A stretch of DNA of 63,223 nt, the filler included, from Octopus bimaculoides (lineage: Eukaryota): assembly GCF_001194135.2 (NCBI RefSeq). It is 5 parts of 5 records of this genome, joined end to end, with 100 filler letters (N's around TTAATTAATTAA, not from the genome) between each part and the next. Parts side by side here need not be neighbours in the genome. Positions count along the whole stretch, not along the records: positions 1 to 22,378 come from NC_068992.1; positions 22,479 to 44,999 come from NC_069010.1; 3 more parts are not named here. One strand, 5' to 3'. Made by a program: the position numbers and the translations under genes. Positions 13,171-25,360 of the stretch are shown here, in pieces. Below the pieces are notes generated by a model. That model was not told the DNA's origin. It saw only the letters and a program-made list of their open reading frames with translations, and did not search any database. The first letter of the stretch is position 1, and the number at the start of each line of letters is the position of its first letter.

Positions 13171-14789
13171 TATATTGTTATTTCATCATAAGACACGTTA
13201 TTGATTATTTAATATATAAGACATATTCACATTGATGAAGTAATCCCAGATCAGCAGCGAACAAGGAGGCATTTACACACATACTCACACAATTATCCGA
13301 TCTTCTACATTTTTGTTTTTGTCAGAAACCATCTTGGATTATACTACAGAATAGCTTCTCTCTTTCGTATGACGATAATGTATAATTTCAGAGAGATATG
13401 GTTGCTACACCAAATGGCTCGCGTGGCTGTGTAAAGATTCCATCGTAATTTCGATCAACATGTGAAATATATTATGTTGCAATAATTTTCTCCACGCCTG
13501 AATGTTACCCATTAAGTTGACTCATATATAACAGGATTAAATATTTAGCCATATTCACTCAAACGTGAAGTAGGCGTGGCGTTTAGTTTAATATAGCTTA
13601 TGGAAGCTATATTATAAGTAATACGTCTCCAAATAATAATAACGATCAATGATTGTGAAGATGTACAACTGGACCGTTATCGGGTGGACCAGCTGTCCAA
13701 CAGAATCTCTAAGGATTATTTTATTTATATTTATTTATTTATTTATTGCAATTATATTTCTAATTGCTTTATCAAATAAAATTGTTCTGGACTTAGTTGA
13801 TGCACTATTAGTTGATTTCTAACGACAATTATTCTTAAACAGAGCGACCAGTAAATGAACACGGAATTATTGGTCGAGTCAGCCGCCACATCGACCCCTT
13901 CGACATCTTTGCCTCTTTTGTCAAATCTCATTGATGGTTTTTAATTGCTATAATTTTCTCCTCACCCCAAACTTCTAATATTAACTACTACAACTCTGTT
14001 TACACAACATTCTAGTTTCTCAATCATCTACTTACACAAGGCCAATCATATTATTACATGATTACAAGCCTGTCCTCTCTTCAAAGTCACCATTATTTCA
14101 TTGATCTTGTTTTTATTATTTAGCCTTTCCGAAATGTTGCGCCATAAAATTGGTTACCCTGTTTTTCAAACTAATATTATCCCGCGTTGATTAACCTCAG
14201 AAGCCACATATTAATGTGTACAATGGGATCCAATGGATGCAACATTTCTTTCCTGGCAACCAATCGCAGAGTAATTCTTCCTTTCTTTTTTCTTTTTCAT
14301 TTTGACGAAAGTTCATTTGGATATTAACATCACCGCCGCTCGTAGATCCAGAAACAGCAATGAAGAAAACGATATTATTTTTCTGTTTCTAAGCAAAAGA
14401 AAGAAACTCTTTCCGCTATATTAACGGAGATTAATCTGATATACAAAGATTTGTTTTTGATGTTGTTAAATACGTATATTTTAACAAAGATTTATATAAA
14501 AAAAACATTCTTATCGATTAATAAGGCAAGTTACCATCATTATTAAAACTACCCTATAATCCCAGTCTCTATGCAGTCGCTAGTCCTGCTAAGAATAGCA
14601 AATAAATGACGCTCACTGTACTATTTAATCGTAAAAACAGAACCAAATACACATTGTATCATGTATTCAAATATACGGAATTATGGAAAAAAAAAGGTGT
14701 TTATTTGGACTGCTCATAATTGTTTGGCTGCATTAAACTGACCGAGGACTAGAGAACACTGTTGTAAATTTTAGCGATCATACTGGTTT

Positions 14790-15220
14790 CGAATTTTAGC
14801 ACAAGGCCTGAAAATTCGAGGAAATATTTAAGTTGGTTACATCGACCTCATTACTCAACTCTGGTACTTATGTTAGCAGTCCCCGAAAGGATAAAAGGCA
14901 AATATGACCACGGCAGATATTGAATTCAGAACGTAAAAGCGGGCGATATACCGCTAAGCATTTTGTCCGGCGTGCTAACGATTCTGTCTGACAGACGCTT
15001 TAATTTTAGTAATTGTATTGATTTTAAATTTTTACACAATTTCGCAGGAGAGATAAGTCGACTAAATCGATCCCAGTGTTGAACTGGTACTTATTTTATC
15101 GACCCCAACGGGGTGGAAGGCAAAGTCGAACTCGACAAACTCGATCGCAGGACGTAAAAACGAAAGGAAACGCTGCTAAGCGTTTTCCCAAGTGTGATAA
15201 CAACTCTGACACCTAATCGC
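14790..15220 (-). mobile_element. Two tandem reverse copies of the dominant SINE
   Basis: Reverse-complement matches at 14790-14990 and 15040-15220. Confidence 0.7.
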
Positions 15221-15269
15221 TTTAATTTCAGGAATTATATTCAAATATGTATTATTGCATATCAGTGTA

Positions 15270-15605
15270 GAGGCGCAATGGCTCAGTGGCTAGGGCAGCG
15301 GACACGCGGTCGTAGGATCGCGGTTTCGATTCCCAGACCGGACGTTGTGAGTGTATATTGAGCGAAAATACCGTACTCTTTCACTACAACATTCTCTCAC
15401 TCTTTCTTCCTATTTCTGTTGTACCTGTATTTCAAAGAGCCATGCTTGTCACACACTGTGTCATGCTGAGTCTCCCCGAGAATTACGTTAAGGGTACACG
15501 TGTCTGTGGAGTGCTCAGCCACTTGCACATTAATTTCACGAGCAGGCTGCTCCGTTGATCGGATCAACTGGAATCCTTGTTGTCGTAGCCGACGTAATGC
15601 CACGT
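15270..15605 (+). mobile_element. Second tRNA-derived SINE family
   Basis: A box TGGCTCAGTGG and B box GTTTCGATTCC. Its 3' block CCGTTGATCGGAT also occurs inverted at about 16310-16390. Confidence 0.7.
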
Positions 15606-15667
15606 AATTGCACATCAGTGAATGTTTATAAACGAGATCACAAATAGCTAGAAATAACAGTCGAAAA

Positions 15668-15865
15668 GGCAGCAAGCTGGCAGAAACGTTAGCGCGCCGG
15701 GCGAAATGCTTAGCGGTATTTCGTCTGCCGTTACGTTCTGATTTCAAATTCCGCCGAGGTTGACTTTGCGCTTCATCCTCTCGGGGTCGATAAATTAAGT
15801 ACCAGTTACGTACTGGTTTCGATGTAATCTACTTAATCTCTTTTTCTGTCCTTGTTTGTCCCCTG
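15668..15865 (+). mobile_element. Near-complete copy of the dominant SINE
   Basis: GGCAGCAAGCTGGCAGAAACGTTAGC head plus full family motif. Confidence 0.8.
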
Positions 15866-15927
15866 AAATAAGAAATAACAGTCGAATCTCTCATGGACCA
15901 CACACTGTAGTCTTAAAAAGAATCAAG

Positions 15928-15935
15928 AGAGAGAA

Positions 15936-16022
<87 letters not shown>
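15928..16022. repeat. (GA)n microsatellite
   Basis: Direct reading. Confidence 0.95.
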
Positions 16023-16023
<1 letters not shown>

Positions 16024-17159
16024 AAAGAAATGATGTATTGGAAAATACAAAATTCAAAAAGATATAATATAATACAAAAGAGAATCATGACAAGGATTTG
16101 AAAACTTTCGTTGTATGACCTGTCGGAGAAAAAGGTCAAACGTACAACAATTTCGATCCCTGTCTTGGATTGTATAACAGTGTATGTGAATGAAGAGACC
16201 GACCAGCGGTTCGGTCAACCAGAGACATTGTCTCATCAGAACCACGAAAGTCTATGTATTGAATTTCACGTACGTCCCTTATAATTAGATATAATTAGAA
16301 TATACACGACGAGTTTTCCGGTCCATCCGATCAACGGACCAGCTTGGTCGAGTAATCAACGTGCAGTTGGTTGGCCTCTACACGGAGGCGCATAACCGTT
16401 AAGGTAGTTCACGTGGAGATATCAGTGTGAAAAAGAATGTGACAAGTCTACGTCGTAGAAGTACAGATGCAAGTAATTTTCGCGACGTGAATAGGCAGGT
16501 GCAACGTGCTGGATCCCTGCAATCATGTGCCGAATACTCAAATATATATATATATANNNNNNNNNNNNNNNNNNNNNNNNNNNNNNNNNNNNNNNNNNNN
16601 NNNNNNNNNNNNNNNNNNNNNNNNNNNNNNNNNNNNNNNNNNNNNNNNNNNNNNNNNNNNNNNNNNNNNNNNNNNNNNNNNNNNNNNNNNNNNNNNNNNN
16701 NNNNNNNNNNNNNNNNNNNNNNNNNNNNNNNNNNNNNNNNNNNNNNNNNNNNNNNNNNNNNNNNNNNNNNNNNNNNNNNNNNNNNNNNNNNNNNNNNNNN
16801 NNNNNNNNNNNNNNNNNNNNNNNNNNNNNNNNNNNNNNNNNNNNNNNNNNNNNNNNNNNNNNNNNNNNNNNNNNNNNNNNNNNNNNNNNNNNNNNNNNNN
16901 NNNNNNNNNNNNNNNNNNNNNNNNNNNNNNNNNNNNNNNNNNNNNNNNNNNNNNNNNNNNNNNNNNNNNNNNNNNNNNNNNNNNNNNNNNNNNNNNNNNN
17001 NNNNNNNNNNNNNNNNNNNNNNNNNNNNNNNNNNNNNNNNNNNNNNNNNNNNNNNNNNNNNNNNNNNNNNNNNNNNNNNNNNNNNNNNNNNNNNNNNNNT
17101 ATATATATATGTATGTATATGTATATTTCGATTTTGGAAATGGTTTGCAAGATTCTTTA

Positions 17160-17345
17160 TGTGAGTTCGTGTGTTGAAGCATATTCTGTTGTGTCTGGGG
17201 AGAGTCATTTTCTTTTCGTGCCTTATCATTTAACACACTCACCGGTAAAATTTCCACTTATTTCTTATTTTTATCTTTCTAAAATTTTCGTTGCATCTTG
17301 CAACCTTTTCAATAGTCTTGACTCTTGAGTCAAGACTATTGAAAA
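17160..17345. mobile_element. Repeat ending in a perfect 19-bp palindromic junction, possibly Penelope pLTR-derived
   Basis: TTTTCAATAGTCTTGACTC-TT-GAGTCAAGACTATTGAAAA at 17306-17345. Confidence 0.4.
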
Positions 17346-17914
17346 AGTGGAGTAGATAAAATCCAGGCTACATATGTTTTATTGCTAATAGAACCTCGGA
17401 AGTAGTGAATTATCCAAACGAGGACTCTTCAGGCCAAGGATACCTTGATTATATGAAGTTCACATTCTCGTTTAGGGATTATGTGCGAACTCTTTGGGAA
17501 TTCGACCGTAACGTTGAGATCCAGCTATGGATTGGCTTAAAATTTTCCGATAGAAGAAAGTGGATCCGCTGAGGAGACATGCAAAAAGACTCTGCTATCT
17601 TTTCTGTGCTGATTGCAATGGTCGCAAAATTATATTTGCCAACCCATTCTTGTATTGCATAACAACGGATGTGTGGAGAGGAATGACTTGCTTGCTTGGG
17701 AAATTCTACAGTTGAAATGAACCACTTTTACGTGGGCAGATGAAGGTTGAAATATGCCGATCAAAGAACCAGTCTATTTTCTACTTCGCAATTATGAAAT
17801 CCTCCTTAATAGAAGTAAAATTAATCTTTTATACGACACGAGGTATTCATATCATCAGGAGCCATATATTAATCTATTGATTAGACTATTGGTTGTATCT
17901 GGTCCTAGTCTAAC

Positions 17915-18175
17915 CTGTAATCGATTTTGTATTGATTACATTTACGCGACGATTAGATATCGATTACTATTTACACTACGATCATATATCCTCTATATAT
18001 TGGACTTCGATTAGTTATCAATTACACTTTACTCCACGATTAGAAATCGATTATAGCTTAATCTCCGTTCAAACATCGATTACATATTAAACTGTGATCA
18101 GATATCGCTAACAATTTAGTTATCGATTTGGCATCGATTACAGAGAATATTGCGATAAAATATCGATTGCAGGTT
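17915..18175. repeat. Degenerate ATCGAT-rich minisatellite
   Basis: Seven ATCGAT sites plus ACGATTAG variants within about 260 bp. Confidence 0.6.
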
Positions 18176-18821
18176 TAGATCTATTAAAGTTCAATGGCCT
18201 TCGCCTACATGATATTTCAACCGCAAAGGTTTAGGCCATACTGAAAAAATCTTCGCAAGCTAAATTAAAATTAAATTGTGAATGGTTTAACTAATAAAAA
18301 TAATTGTTATACATGAGAGAAACCAATAAAATGCTGCATCCATACCAGGTAAAATAGAGATGCTCTACTACAAGCTACTATGTAGGTCCATCGACTGTTG
18401 TGTACCGGCGTCTAGCATTAATGCTGAAACTACAAAAATCCCTGGAATTTGAATAGAGCTGGCACCATTCTACCTTGATGATCACGCTTATACTGTGTTC
18501 GACTATTTAGGCCGTGCACACGAAATATTCACCCCAGTTACTTTTCCCAAAATATCTCAGCCTTGTCTCAACCTCGAGCCCAAAAGAGTAAACAAAAGAG
18601 ACAGATACAGGCAGGAACAAGGAAAATGCCCTTTGTATTTGAATACCATTGAAATATTCTGTTAAAAAACAATTCATTTATTTTTTCCAAAATGTAATTG
18701 TTTTCCTTACTTAGAGTTGAAAAAGTCTCAATGATTGAAATCGGTACTAAAATGCTTTTTATGATAAAACTATTTTAGCATTTTCTACCTTGACTTTTTT
18801 TGCTCATATATATATATATAT

Positions 18822-19600
18822 ATAAAAGTACATACAAAAATGGGACAAGGACACAAAAAATCCAGACAGTTAAGTGATACAAAAAAGGGACAACGAAACA
18901 TTCAGACATACATACAAAGAAAACAAGGGTCATTTGGAGTTTTCTATCCGCAGTCGAGTTCCAGATTATCTTTGGAATTTCGGCTGGTTATACTCGACAT
19001 TGCTCCCATCTGGCCAGCCCCAAGGAAAAATTAAGCTAAGAGCATTAGATTCCTTGGAAGAAAGCAGAGATGTATACGAAAACAAGAACGAAAAAAAATG
19101 TTGCACAAATACAAATGCAATAAACAGGACATGACAACAGGTATCTTTCGACTAAGGGCGAATTAAATTAATCTGGCGTGTGTGGAAGTAAAGCATTACG
19201 GCAGGGACATAAGATTTAACAGGCAAGTGGAGAAATATAGATGTTGCACAGATGGTAGTCGAACCATCAAGGTCAGGCCTGGCCGAACACCGGTCACGTG
19301 GGGAGAGAAGAGAGAGAGAGGTAGAGGTAGACCTTTCTTTCTCTGTTCGACTACCATCCGTGCAACATCTATATTTTCCCGTTGCTCGTTAAATCTTATG
19401 TCCCTGTCGTAAGGCTTTACTTCCACACATGCCAGCTTAATTTAATTCGTCCTTTGTCGAAAGACACCTGTTGTTAGGTCTTTTTTATTGCATTTGCATT
19501 TGTGTAACATTTCTCTGTTTTTTTTTCCGTCATTGTTTTCTTTGTATCGTCTGTCTGGATCTTTTGCGTTCTTGTCCCATTTGTGTAATTTTTATATACA
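18822..19600. mobile_element. Foldback element with ~168-bp inner inverted arms and outer arm remnants
   Basis: 19096-19264 is the reverse complement of 19345-19512 (mirror ORFs in the track). Outer AAATGGGACAAG..ATCCAGACAG mirrors 19540-19600. Flanked by TA-rich sequence. Confidence 0.75.
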
Positions 19601-19665
19601 TAATATAGCGGCGTATGTACACTTTGCTCTCTGTGTGTCTCTCTCTGTGTCTCTCTCTGTCTCTC

Positions 19666-19742
<77 letters not shown>

Positions 19743-20878
19743 TGTGTATATATATANNNNNNNNNNTATATATATACATGCATACACGCAAACAAACGCA
19801 CACACACACACATACATAAATATTATTCGGCGACATCTGTGTGTTGGTGCTTCCTCAGATTGAATGGGATCAAGCAGTGTCGGATCTCTTTGAGTTTGCT
19901 CAGATATACCATGTCTAGTACTTTCCAGTAATCAGTTCGTCAGATTCCGGGCAACATATAACACGAAAGTAAATGCAAAAGATGAAGATAACAGTACCAA
20001 CAACAGCATCAATAGAATAAAGACTACCTTAATGATAATGATTATAAAAATTTAAAAGAAAACGGAATCTATTTAAGTGAGAGTGATAATAATATAAAAA
20101 TATAATACAATTGAAAATGGCTTTTACCAAGAAGTCGACGGAGTGTGCCAATGGGTTAAAATAAAATAAATAAACAAATATATCTACAAAAGTTTATTTT
20201 GATTACTATGCTATCATGTTTCGACCTAGGACACATATTTTGAATTTTTAAAATCATATTTATTGGAATTATTGCTAGATTATAACCGACATGAACAATG
20301 TTTTATAATCGTTTGGACAATCATTGAAACGACAATGCTGACTCAATATTACTAGTCGTCTACTTATGTATTTATAATCAACTTCTTTAAATATGAATTA
20401 TTCCTATTCCTTAACATATAACTACATATACATATTTTCATAAACAGTTTCACACAATTGCAAACAACAATACTGCTAACTCGTTATTATGTGTCATCCC
20501 CCTAGGTGATTATAATCGACGTATAGTAATCATTACGATTCTTTTCCATTTACGACTTATGTAGATATTTACAATGGCTGTGCTAAGCATGCAAACAATA
20601 AGGTCAGCTCGTTATTACGAATCATCCGATTGCGGGACAACAAAAGACTTATACAACTTATTACAATATGTTAAGAGGCGTGCGAACCACAATTCTAACC
20701 TGTCATTACAAGCCATCCGCAACCGTTAAGGAATATTTTGATACAAATACTTTCAATAATATATAGAATTTCTGATATTATTCTTTTTAAACCTATAAAA
20801 TAATTTTTAGAGTGCTTATTGAGTAATTTGTCCGTACTCACAGACACGCGCGCATATATATTGTAATAATAACATTAA

Positions 20879-21219
20879 TCCTTCGATGGAATTTATAAAC
20901 ATTTCATTAATCGCTACGCGCGTTTCCATGAGTCGTATGTCTCTTAAGATCACAGTCCGTATTCCTGGGATGGGTGCAGTGTAATCTGTTGTATCCGTGG
21001 GTACTGTTCAAAACAGATAATATCCGTCTTGTAAACATCTATCAATGTTATATCGCCAGAAGAAATGATTCTATAAAGATGATCAACCTAGTGCCCGCGG
21101 ATACTACGGACTAAACTGTAATCATGCCAGGAAAACGGACTGTGATCTTAAGAGTCATGTGACTTGTGGAAACGCGCGTAGCGAAGCATTGAATGTTTAT
21201 TAATTGCATCAAAGAAGGA
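20879..21219. mobile_element. MITE-like palindrome with ~120-bp arms
   Basis: CGCTACGCGCGTTTCCA..CTCTTAAGATCACAGTCCGT..GTATCCGTGGG is mirrored at 21094-21219. Confidence 0.7.
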
Positions 21220-21425
21220 GACCGTCCAGAAGAGTTGCAGGAAATTCTGAAGTCGTCTGGAGGCTGTGGTTGAAGCCACTGATGATTATATTGAATAAAT
21301 TTTCTACTTAGTGTTTCAAGATATTTTAATGTAATTTTGATAATTATATCTATTAAAATGAGATGCCAGACTAATTTTCATTTTTTCGTAATTTGGACGA
21401 CAGTGTATTCACTGCACCCTGTGTA
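21213..21425 (+). mobile_element. Tc1/mariner-superfamily transposase C-terminus and 3' end
   Basis: KETVQKSCRKF*SRLEAVVEATDDYIE*, then a terminus CACCCTGTGTA abutting (TA)n. Confidence 0.55.
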
Positions 21426-21749
21426 TATATATAATATTTAATAATTAATAAATAATTATAAGGGAGGGTACGCGAAGAACCAGCTTGCTGGAAATAAGAA
21501 TTAAAATACTCCTAAATTTTCTTCGCCCGGTTTCTTTTGGTCTGTTATAATTTTTAGTGAGTTTGGTGGATTTTTGAGTTCTTCAACTCTTATTTCTAGC
21601 AAGCTGGTGCTTCATGTACCCTCTGTTATAATTATTTATCAATTATATAATTTTATTGATTTGCTACATAACGACATTTTTGCTTGCTGGCCACTAATAT
21701 TTCTGTTATCAGTATTATTATTAATTATATATATATCTACTACTACTGC

Positions 21750-21824
<75 letters not shown>

Positions 21825-21912
21825 TAATAATAATAATAATAATGATGATGATGATGATGATGATGATGATAAATATAATAATAATAATAATGATAATTAT
21901 AACAACAACAAT
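21750..21912. repeat. Compound (AAT)n/(GAT)n microsatellite
   Basis: Direct reading. Confidence 0.95.
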
Positions 21913-21915
21913 ATT

Positions 21916-22378
21916 AATGCTGGAGATGTAAGAATTTCATGTGGCAATGACAATGAATCTCTAAATGCTGGAGATGTAAGAATTCCATGTGGCAATGACA
22001 ATGAATCTCTAAATGCTGGAGACGTAAGAATTTCATGTGGCATTTTCCAGGGTGACTCACTATCACCACTCCTCTTCTGTCTAGCCCTAATACCGCTATC
22101 AAAATTGCTCAATGATGCACAGTATGGTTATAAAATATTTGATAAAAATATAAATCATCTCATTTACATGGATGATTTAAAGCTCTTTGCAAAAAATGAC
22201 CAACAACTCAAAGGCCTACTAGCGATTGTTAAACAATTCAGTGATGACATCAGGATGCAATTTGGCCTTGATAAATGTGCAAAAGCTACCTTTATCAAAG
22301 GAAAAATGACAAAAACATCGAATGTGAACCTTGACCAGCAAAATGTCATAAAAGAGTTAGAACCAGCGGAGAGCTACA
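21916..22378 (+). mobile_element. 5'-truncated R4/Dong-like LINE RT fragment in an (AAT)n tract
   Basis: GIFQGDSLSPLLFCL..HLIYMDDLKLFAK..FGLDKCAK. Very similar to 51760-52140. Ends in an assembly gap. Confidence 0.9.
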
Positions 22379-22559
22379 NNNNNNNNNNNNNNNNNNNNNN
22401 NNNNNNNNNNNNNNNNNNNNNNTTAATTAATTAANNNNNNNNNNNNNNNNNNNNNNNNNNNNNNNNNNNNNNNNNNNNTGTGTGTGCATGTATGTATTCA
22501 TGTATATATATATATATATATACATTAGCCGTCTGAACTTTTTAGACCCTCTTTTAAAC

Positions 22560-22684
22560 TCTCTGATGAAGTCTAGAGGCACACCTAAATACCATTAACT
22601 TTATCTGACAATCACTACAGTAAACTGAAGCGATGGAAATAGCATGTGGGGTATTGTGACCTCTTGGCAGAAACGGCTGTAAGA
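22560..22684 (+). ncRNA. Type I hammerhead ribozyme candidate with long stem II
   Basis: TCT/AGA stem I; CTGATGA 22563-22569; stem II GTCTAGAGG/CCTCTTGGC; GAAA 22670-22673; C-GGCT-G stem III; GTA triplet 22679-22681. Confidence 0.6.
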
Positions 22685-22935
22685 AACTGTTCTGTTTTCG
22701 TTTTCTATTCTCGGAATTACTGGTACTTATGTATGTAATACACAATCTTTACATATGTATATATATTCTTATAATCGTTTAAAATAAATAGACATAATAT
22801 AATGTCTAACTGTTGATGCATATTATCTCCGCATCCCCTCCATTTTCTTCTTGCCGTATTTTAATATATATACACACACACACATATGCATGTGTATATG
22901 TGTTTGTATGCATATGTATGTGTATGTTTATAAGC

Positions 22936-23016
<81 letters not shown>

Positions 23017-23084
23017 CGCTATTTTTATGTTTGACAAATATATTTATAAATACATACTTTTATTTTTCTATATTTTTATTTATT

Positions 23085-23630
23085 TCAGTCATTTGGCAGC
23101 GGCCACGCTTGAGTACCGCTTTAGTTGAAGCATCAACCTCAGGACTTATTCTTTGTAATCCCAGTACTTATTCTATCGGTCTGTTTTACCGAACAGCTAA
23201 GTTACGGAACATAATCACACCAGCATCTGTTTTCAATCGACAATGGGGTTACAAACACAGACTCAAACATGTACATATATATGTATACAACAGGCTTCTT
23301 TCAGTTTCCCCTCCCAAATCCACTCACAAGTCTTTTGTAGGCCCGAGGATATAGTAGAAAACACGTGCCCAAGGTGCCACGAAGTGGGACTGAACCCAGA
23401 ACCATGTGGTTGGTAAGCTAACTTCTCACCACACAGCCACGCCTGCGCCTGTGTATATATTTCTATATTTATTTTTACTAGTTTCAGCCATTTTACTGTG
23501 ACCATGCTGGGGCACCACCTTGATGAATATGTAGTAGAATGAATCAATGGGAGGAGTTACAATTTTAAGCATTGTACTTATTGTATCGGCTTGTTTTGCC
23601 GAACTACTAAGTTACGGTGATGCACACACN
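23085..23630 (-). mobile_element. Cluster of SINE pieces (CORE-like head and shared tail family)
   Basis: Same blocks as 2885-3065 and 3420-3580. Confidence 0.7.
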
Positions 23631-24960
23631 NNNNNNNNNNNNNNNNNNNNNNNNNNNNNNNNNNNNNNNNNNNNNNNNNNNNNNNNNNNNNNNNNNNNNN
23701 NNNNNNNNNNNNNNNNNNNNNNNNNNNNNNNNNNNNNNNNNNNNNNNNNNNNNNNNNNNNNNNNNNNNNNNNNNNNNNNNNNNNNNNNNNNNNNNNNNNN
23801 NNNNNNNNNNNNNNNNNNNNNNNNNNNNNNNNNNNNNNNNNNNNNNNNNNNNNNNNNNNNNNNNNNNNNNNNNNNNNNNNNNNNNNNNNNNNNNNNNNNN
23901 NNNNNNNNNNNNNNNNNNNNNNNNNNNNNNNNNNNNNNNNNNNNNNNNNNNNNNNNNNNNNNNNNNNNNNNNNNNNNNNNNNNNNNNNNNNNNNNNNNNN
24001 NNNNNNNNNNNNNNNNNNNNNNNNNNNNNNNNNNNNNNNNNNNNNNNNNNNNNNNNNNNNNNNNNNNNNNNNNNNNNNNNNNNNNNNNNNNNNNNNNNNN
24101 NNNNNNNNNNNNNNNNNNNNNNNNNNNNNNNNNNNNNNNNNNNNNNNNNNNNNNNNNNNNNNNNNNNNNNNNNNNNNNNNNNNNNNNNNNNNNNNNNNNN
24201 NNNNNNNNNNNNNNNNNNNNNNNNNNNNNNNNNNNNNNNNNNNNNNNNNNNNNNNNNNNNNNNNNNNNNNNNNNNNNNNNNNNNNNNNNNNNNNNNNNNN
24301 NNNNNNNNNNNNNNNNNNNNNNNNNNNNNNNNNNNNNNNNNNNNNNNNNNNNNNNNNNNNNNNNNNNNNNNNNNNNNNNNNNNNNNNNNNNNNNNNNNNN
24401 NNNNNNNNNNNNNNNNNNGTCTTTTGTAGGCCCGAGGATATAGTAGAAAACACGTGCCCAAGGTGCCACGAAGTGGGACTGAACCCAGAACCATGTGGTT
24501 GGTAAGCTAACTTCTCACCACACAGCCACGCCTGCGCCTGTGTATATATTTCTATTTCTTTTTAAAAAACTAGAATATATTCATTTGGTCTTCAAACTCT
24601 TCAATACAATTCAATTTTCGTATATACTTATTAAAATATAATTCATAGGTGAAGGAATGGCTGTGTTATAAGTAGCTTGCTTACCAACCGCATGATTCTG
24701 AGTTCAGTCACAGTGCGTGGTGATTTGGGCAAGTGATATTTATTATAGCCCCAGATCAACCAAAGCCCTATGAGTGGATTTAGTAGACGGAAACTGAAAG
24801 GAGCCCATCGTATATATATATGCTAGCAGAAATCCCGGCGTTGCTCAAGATTAAAATGGCATGTTTTTTTTATTGTTTTACTTGTTTTGGTCATGTGACT
24901 GCGGCTTTGCTTGTACACCGCCTTTAGTGGAAGAAATTAACCCCTGGATTTTTTTTTGTT

Positions 24961-25360
24961 AGCCTGTACTTATCCACACGCACGCAGTTACAGTCTCTCA
25001 CACTGGGATCACCAATACTTTATAATCTACCCTACTTCTTAGCTCTCCTATATATATGTATTAAGTTGAAATTTACAGATAAAAAAAAGACGAAGACAAG
25101 CAACAAACGGGTGTATTTGTTTAACACTCGGGAAGGTGGCAAAATATTTTACGTTTGAAGCCTACGCTCTGCAACAGAAAGGAACACAAAGAAATAAACA
25201 GAGGGAGAATAAAAAAATAACTTTAGGGCTAACGGTCAATCATGGTGGTTAGCTGGACAGAGGTAGTTAGACAGGAGAGCTAAGAAGTAGGGGAGATTAT
25301 AAAGTATTGGTGATCCCAATGTGAGAGTCTGTAAGTGCGTGCGTGTGGATAAGTACAGGC
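24961..25360. mobile_element. Element with 88-bp inverted arms around a decayed minimal hammerhead (Penelope pLTR-like)
   Basis: 24961-25048 is the reverse complement of 25274-25360 with few mismatches. Spacer reverse strand reads CTGTTGC-AGAGC-GTAG-GCT-TCAAAC-GTA. Confidence 0.6.

Noticed and set aside
16185-16225. TGAAGA-GACCGA-loop-TCGGTC-AACC hammerhead relic
   Set aside because: Good stem II, but C3 and GAAA are lost and there is no stem I.
19815-19950. Two reverse CTGANGA motifs, one followed by GAAA-GTAC-TA
   Set aside because: Stem II needs a substitution and stem I does not pair; too degenerate.
22423-22434. TTAATTAATTAA between N runs (also 45044, 56924, 60977)
   Set aside because: Identical 12-mer with stops in all frames inside gaps; scaffolding spacer, not biology.
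21574-22434. 286-aa ORF with poly-N/poly-D fused to RT
   Set aside because: Microsatellite happens to be in frame with a truncated LINE; no evidence of a gene.
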